From Squalus acanthias (Eukaryota), in assembly GCA_030390025.1 (NCBI GenBank), contig CM059432.1, positions 145,950,001-146,014,000 on the forward strand: a DNA stretch of 64,000 nt. The letters run 5' to 3'. Under the pieces are notes generated by a model. The model had not been told where the DNA came from. It did no database searches and was given only the letters and a program-made list of their open reading frames with translations. Position 1 is the stretch's first letter; each line of letters opens with the position of its first letter. Shown here piece after piece: positions 57,825 to 64,000 of the stretch. The position numbers and the translations under genes are program-made.

Positions 57825-60800
57825 ACATAAAATTACATAGAAAATACAGCACAGAAAGAGGCCATTCGGCCCAACCAGTCCATGCTGTCGTTTGTGCTCC
57901 ACTCGAGCCTTCTCCCATCCTTCCTCATCTAACTCTATCAGTATAACCCTCTATTCCCTTCTCCCTCATATGCGTATCTAGCCTCCCCTTAAATGCATCT
58001 ATGCTATTCGCCTCAACCACTCCCTGTGGTAGCGAGTTCCACATTCTCACCACTCTCTGAATTCCCTATTGGATTTCTTGGTGACTATCTTATATTGATG
58101 GCCTCTAGTTTTGCTCTTCCCCACAAGTGGAAACACTCTCTCTGTGTCCACTCTATCAAAACCTTTCATAATTTTAAAGACCTCTATTAGGTCACCCCTC
58201 AGCCTTCTCTTTTCAAGAGAAAAGAGATTCAGCCTGTTCATCCTTTCCTGATAGGTATACCCTCGCATTTCTGGTATCATCCTTGTAAATCTTTTTGCAC
58301 CCTCTCCAGTGCCTCTATATCCTTTTTATAATATGGACAAGAGAATTTTACACAGTACTCCAAGTGTGGTCTAACCAAGGTTCGATACAAGTTTAGCATA
58401 ACTTCTCTACTTTTCAATTCTATCCCTCCAGAAATAAACCTTAGTGCTTGGTTTGCTTTTTTATGGCCTTATTAACCTGTATCACTACTTTTAGTGATTT
58501 GTGTACTTTTACTCCCAGATCCCTTTGCTCCTCTAACCCATTTAGATTCTTATTTTCCAAGTAATATGTGACCTCCTTATTTTTCTTACCAAAATGTAAT
58601 GCCTCACACTTATTTGTATAATTTTCCAATTATATGCCCATTCTGCAAGTTTATTAATGGCCTAGAAATTCGGGTGGCCGGCTTGCCGCGGGGGTAAGGA
58701 TCGCGCGCGCTCTTACCCACCGCGCCTGCCGTTGTGTTTCGGGCCCACAGGAACTTCGGGTCCTGGGCCTCTCCCTAGTGCCGGCGCGCAGTGCTTGCAT
58801 GTTCCAGGAGTGCAGTTAGTGCGATGTGGCCCCTGGGATCATGTGGGCCATGGAGAGCCAATGGCAGCAGACCATCTTTCATTCATAGATTTGACAGGAT
58901 TGTCAAATCTGTGAATTGAAATCGGCCCCAAAAGAACAGCTAAACCTCAAATAAATTTAAAAAAAACCATCACATTAATAAAATAACTATAGTTAAATAA
59001 ATTAACCACTTTAAACAAAAATTTAAATTTTTGAAAAAATTAAAATACTTTTTAAAAGTTATAAAAATAAACTTACCTTTCTTTAAAGTCTCTAAAAAAG
59101 ATAAACCTGTTGGAAAAAATTTAAAATTATACTTAATTAACTACTTACCTTGTTCAAAAGGGGTCTTACGCCTCCTTTTTACTAGCGTAGAATCTTCAAT
59201 ACTTACCCTCGCGTTGAAACCTGAAAAAAACCCTAAGTGTGCTGCGTGCGCGCAGCCTCTAGTGCGCACGCGGTTCACCTAGGAACCGCCCCCTTCGCCA
59301 TACCGGAAGTGCCGGTTTCCCGCGCATGCGCAGTGCATGCAGGAAACCGGCACTTCGGGAATGAATACGGGTGAGTACGGACTGTGTACTCACACGGGAA
59401 TGGCCGAATTTTTGGGCCATTATCTTCTTGTAACTTGTTGCAGTCCTCCTCAGTATTGATTATTCCCTCCAATTTAGAAATTGTGTTTTTGATTTCAAAA
59501 TCTAAATCATTAATATAAATTGTAACCAACAGTGGTCCCAACACTGATCCTTGTGGGACCCCACTTTCCACCTTCTGCCACTCTGAATAGCTACCCTTTA
59601 CCCCTACTCTCTGCTTTCTGTTTTGTAGCCAGCTAGCAATCCATTCTGCTACTTATCCCCTGACTCCACATGCTCTGACCTTATTCATTAGTCTATTATG
59701 TGGCACCTTATCTGTTACCTCTTCAAAGAATTCAATGAAATTGGTCAAGCAAGATTTTCCCTTTCGAAATCCAGGCTGACTATTCATTATTATATTTTTG
59801 GTTTCTAGATGTTTTACTATTTTCTCCTTTAGTAGGGATTCCATTATTTTCCTACCACCAATGACTGGTCTATAGTTCCCTGGACATGTTCTATCTCCCT
59901 TCTTAAATATAGGTGTTACGTTAGCTTTCTGCCAGTCCTCTGCCACTACACCTTTTTCCAACAAATTATTAAATATGTGTAATAATGCCTCTCTTCTCTA
60001 GATTCCTTTAAAATGCACGGATGCAATCCGTCCGGACCAGGGGTTTTATCCTCTTTGAGTTTGATTACTTTAGTTAATATTTCTCCTTTTTATTTTAAAT
60101 GCGTTTATATCATTTCTAATCTCATCTTCATGTCCACCTGAACTGTGTCCTTGGTAAATACTGAAGCAAAGTAATTATTTAATATTTCTGCCATTTTGCT
60201 ATCGCTGCCTGTGATTTTATCCTGTCCATCCCTTAGCGGCCCTATACCCATCCTAACTTTCCTGTTTTTATTTATGTGCCTGTGGAATATTTTACTATTT
60301 TGTTTTATGTTCCTTGATAATTTAATTTCATAATTCCTCTTTGCTTTCCTAATTGTTTTTTGACCTCTCTCCTAATCTCTCAAATTCTCCCTTGTCATGC
60401 TCTCCTCTTCTGTCCATGTCCATGCTTCTTTTCTTACCCTCAATTTTTCCCTTATGTCTTTATTCATCCATGGTGTCTCATTAGTATTTAGTTTGTTCTT
60501 ATTTTTTAGCAGAATATATTTTCTTGGACTTTGTTGAAGACCATTTTAAATGTTTCCCATTGCTGTTCTACATCGTTGTTTGCCAATATTGTTGTCCATT
60601 TTATTTTCCCAAGTTCTGTTCTCAGCCCATCAAAATCAGCTTTTCTCAATCTATTACCCTGGTCTTTGTCATGTTTATGTCCTTCTTAATTATTATCTTA
60701 AATCATATTATGTTATGGTCACTATTGCCCAATGTTCCCTATTTTTACTTCTCTTATCTGCTCTGGTCCATTCCCCATTACTAAATCTAATGGCGAATCC

Positions 60801-60935
60801 TCCCTTGTTGGGCTTCTTACATACTGGGTTAGAAAGGAGTCCTGTACACATTGTCGAACTCCATTCCCTTATCCCCTTTAACTACCTCTTCTGGCCAATT
60901 AATTTCAGAGTAGTTGAAATTCCCCATGATTATTA
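57825..60935 (-). mobile_element. Older decayed CR1 ORF2
   Basis: GVPQGSVLGP, NYRPV and KSCLTN remnants. Confidence 0.88.
58659..59418. mobile_element. Harbinger-type MITE (diverged relative of the 31526 family)
   Basis: TIRs GGCCTAGAAATTCGG/CCGAATTTTTGGGCC; interrupts a CR1. Confidence 0.82.
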
Positions 60936-61233
60936 CATCTGGGCTCTTGAGCATCCCTGATTTTAATCACTCAACCATTGGTGGCCGTGCCTTCAGATGC
61001 CTGGGCCCTAAGCTCTGGAATTCTCTCCCTAAACCTCTCCGCCTCTCTAATTCTCTTTCCTCCTTTAAGACACTCCTTAAAACCTACCTCTTTGTCCAAG
61101 CATTTGGCCATCTGCCCTAATTTCTCCTTATGTGGCTCGGTGTCAAATTCTGTTTTATAATACTCCTGTGAAGCGCATTGGGACGTTTTACTACGGTAAA
61201 GGTGCTATATAAATACAAGTTGTTGTTGTTGTT
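60935..61233 (+). mobile_element. L2 LINE 3' end
   Basis: GGRAF...GPKLWNSLP...FK..LKTYLF; (TTG)n tail. Confidence 0.85.
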
Positions 61234-62487
61234 CTATGCCCTCATGTGACCTCCCCAGCACCGCATCCCCCAAAAAGTTACAGAATATGTGTCAGAAAAT
61301 GAGCAGGTGGAGCAAGTTGCAGGGATCTCTCATGACCCAGCACATAGAGGCAGAAGATCACCTCAATCCCAAGCACTCCCTTTCAGACCCAATACCTAGT
61401 CGCCTCACTTACTCCAGCCATGAGGGTAGCACCTAGAAGGAGCACCAGATTAGGAATGGGAACATGTAAAATTTGCACTATCACTAAGGGAAATCGCTGG
61501 GGTAAACCATACTAACCATACATTCACTGAGCACTTGGAGGGGAATATATTTGGTTGCAATTTATTTCAACTGTTTCCAAAGAGTTTTCCTGGGATGGTG
61601 TTGTTTAAAATTTTAGGAGATGAATGGAATAGGAGCTATGGCATTTCAGTTTTTACAGAAACCAATGTTGGGGTGGGTGTAATCGGCCATGAGGCAAGGT
61701 ATTGGGTGGCTGGAGCATTTAGGAACAGTCTCATCTATGGGAGCTTGCTGCATGGCTCTAACTGGCTGCGTAGGTAGTTCCACAGAAAACTGATCAAGCT
61801 ACTTGTCTTCATCTTGCTTGGCTCCTCCTGATTGTGGGTGGGTGTCTTCCACCTCTACCTACTCCATGGTTTTGCCTATTTGGATGGCAAACGATAGCCT
61901 TGGTCTCTTCGGACCCAACCTGTGTGGCTCGAATAATCCCTGTGGCCTTAAAATGAAAGCATTGTGGCTATTTCCCCCCACATAGGGGTAATTAGAACAT
62001 TGAATGCTTTGCTACTAAGCCTAAGATTCTAGAATTGTTTAAAAGGGAATTTGATAAATATTTCAAATAAATAAAAAAAAGGATATGACCAAGTATAGGA
62101 AAATGGAATTAGAGTAGACAGCTTCAATTGAAGAGTTAGCACAATTGCCGACACACAGGCTGAACGGTCTCTTTCTGTGCGGTAAATCCGGGCCATCAAT
62201 TACAATGACACGCAGCCATCCCTTGCCAGATGATCCATCATAATGTTAGCTTTTGGCTTTGGATAGTATAGTATATGCAAATATTTGAAATGGTGATTAA
62301 GGTTGGCTTCAAATTCAGTGTGGTCAGTGCCAAGAATGCCCCAGCATCATATATATATATATATAAAAAATCAGCTCAATGTTTCACTCAGGGTTAGGTA
62401 AATGAGACTAGAGAATGATTACTTCCTTTGCTTTGCTTATCAGTAGATAGACCTAATTTTCTTTTTTAGAGCCATAGAGCTAATTAC

Positions 62488-62574
62488 TTCATTGGGTAAA
62501 ATCTTTCTCTGTAGTTCCTGAAGTTTCTTGTAGTATTTTGAATCCAAATATCGAGTCTCTCCTACCAACTCCAC
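62488..62574 (-). CDS. RGS22: RGS22 coding exon: VELVGETRYLDSKYYKKLQELQRKILPNE
   Basis: Acceptor tttctag|GTG, donor GAA|gtaatt, 87 nt, phase 0/0; resembles RGS22 VELVEETRQLDSTY.RKLQ. Confidence 0.88.
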
Positions 62575-62933
62575 CTAGAAATAAAAGATCTCCACTGAGT
62601 ATCAATGAACAACACTAAAACAATGACAACAATACTCCAGGATGAGGGTGGAGAATTTCTGTAAACTTACAGTATGTTTTCCATTTACAGTAAGAGACAA
62701 TCCCGCAGAGGGAGACAGGAGGGAAAGTGTACGCCATGATCACTTAAGAATTTGTATATATTTTTTTGTATTTACAAGTTTTTTGAGGGGGGTTGTGGTC
62801 AGTGATTTTCTTTTGCCCTACCTCCATTTAAGACTCCATAGGACATACACTGTGGCCCTTTGAATGGGCCAATAAATAATGACCCGCTAACAAGCCAATG
62901 AGCCTCACATATTCAGTTGCTAAACTCAGTCAT

Positions 62934-63636
62934 GGGGCTGGATTTTGATACTGGGGCGGGTTGGGGTCGTGTCATCCACTTTTCGTGTTATCCACCCGAC
63001 TGCAATTGGATGTGGGAGATTGATGCAATTTTCACCTAATTGGGCAATTGAGTTCTAGCATGTGGGAACCCATGACCCAATTAGTGTTTTCAGTCTGAAA
63101 GTCGCCTTTGATGATGTCATCATTGCTGCTGCATTGAAGGTCTTCAAAGACTGCCTGGCCTTTGCTGTGAGAGGACCTGCAAAATGAGCAGCAGCAGTCC
63201 TAAGTCTGCTCCCAGATATTTTGACACCGCTCCCAGATATGTCTCCTCTGCATCCATATATACATCCATCCAAATAGCCATCCATATATGCATCCCCATA
63301 GCCAGCCAGCCAGCCAGCGTCAGCTATCCAAATGTGCTCCCGCCAGGTTTCACAATCGTGGTTCAGAACAGGCGTGCTTCATGTAGAAAAAGGGTTAAAA
63401 TCACAAAGGCCTTTCAAAATGGCATTATAGAGGCAAGTTAGTGCTTGTTAAGGGCCTTAACAACCTATCCCGCCTCTTAGAGGCGGGACAGAGTCGGGAC
63501 CAGCAGACACGATTTAATGAAAATTGCGTGGAGGCGGGATGGAGGCAGACTTGTGCCCGCCCGCCAGTTTTCGCAATTTTAACCCCCCACACACGCCTCC
63601 AAACCCACCTCCACGGGTCAATGAAAATCCAGCCCC
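62934..63636. mobile_element. Harbinger-type MITE
   Basis: TIRs GGGGCTGGATTTT/AAAATCCAGCCCC. Confidence 0.8.
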
Positions 63637-63899
63637 ATGGTGTCAAGGAGATCTGGCATTTGGAGATCAGCTGCTTCCTTACAAGGAGGGTTCTGAGTAA
63701 CTGCACTCACACAATGCCCCTACTGGCTGGTTACAGGGCAGATTGGCTGTCCATTCTGTCATCCAGGAAAGTATTCATGATACAGAGAGAAAAGAAAAAA
63801 ATAGGAAGTACGAAAAATATAAGTACAAGACTGTACAAAACATGAAGTGGACCATTTTCTAGACTCATTTAAAAAGGTGGTTGGATGCATTGACTCTAC

Positions 63900-64000
63900 C
63901 TTTCTGTACGCTGACTTGTCCATTTCAATCATGTGCATCCAAGGTACCAGTAGCAAGATGAGAGCGTGTTCCTCTACCTCATCAAACAGCTCTTCAAAGG
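63900..64000 (-). CDS. RGS22: RGS22 coding exon (truncated by window edge): FEELFDEVEEHALILLLVPWMHMIEMDKSAYRK
   Basis: Resembles vertebrate RGS22 PFEDLFD..EE..LLLLLEPW..M.K.D..AYKK as recalled; donor AAG|gtagag, phase 0. Confidence 0.88.

Overview
Vertebrate nuclear DNA, most likely from a cartilaginous fish (inferred from the CR1 LINE, HE1-type SINE, Penelope and Harbinger repeat repertoire). The only host gene is the 3' part of RGS22 on the minus strand. Ten coding exons are recognisable by similarity and GT-AG boundaries (one runs off the window edge), plus one weaker candidate exon. The introns are mostly transposable elements. These include about eight decayed two-gene PIF/Harbinger copies (DDE transposase plus a convergent, spliced Myb/SANT gene) and many Harbinger-type MITEs. 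There are also hAT and Tigger MITEs, many CR1 fragments, Penelope-like ends carrying hammerhead ribozymes, SINEs, a solo LTR and a 1.5-kb minisatellite. Four observations stand out. (1) A young CR1 has an uninterrupted ORF2 with no AUG ahead of its endonuclease domain; ORF2 overlaps ORF1 in the -1 frame exactly at a canonical U_UUA_AAC slippery heptamer, suggesting programmed -1 ribosomal frameshifting. (2) The hammerhead ribozymes show a compensatory stem change between copies. (3) One candidate RGS22 exon may use a splice donor supplied by a Penelope element. (4) Harbinger 3-bp flanks are repeatedly non-identical. Family assignments are by motif recognition only; no database searches were run.
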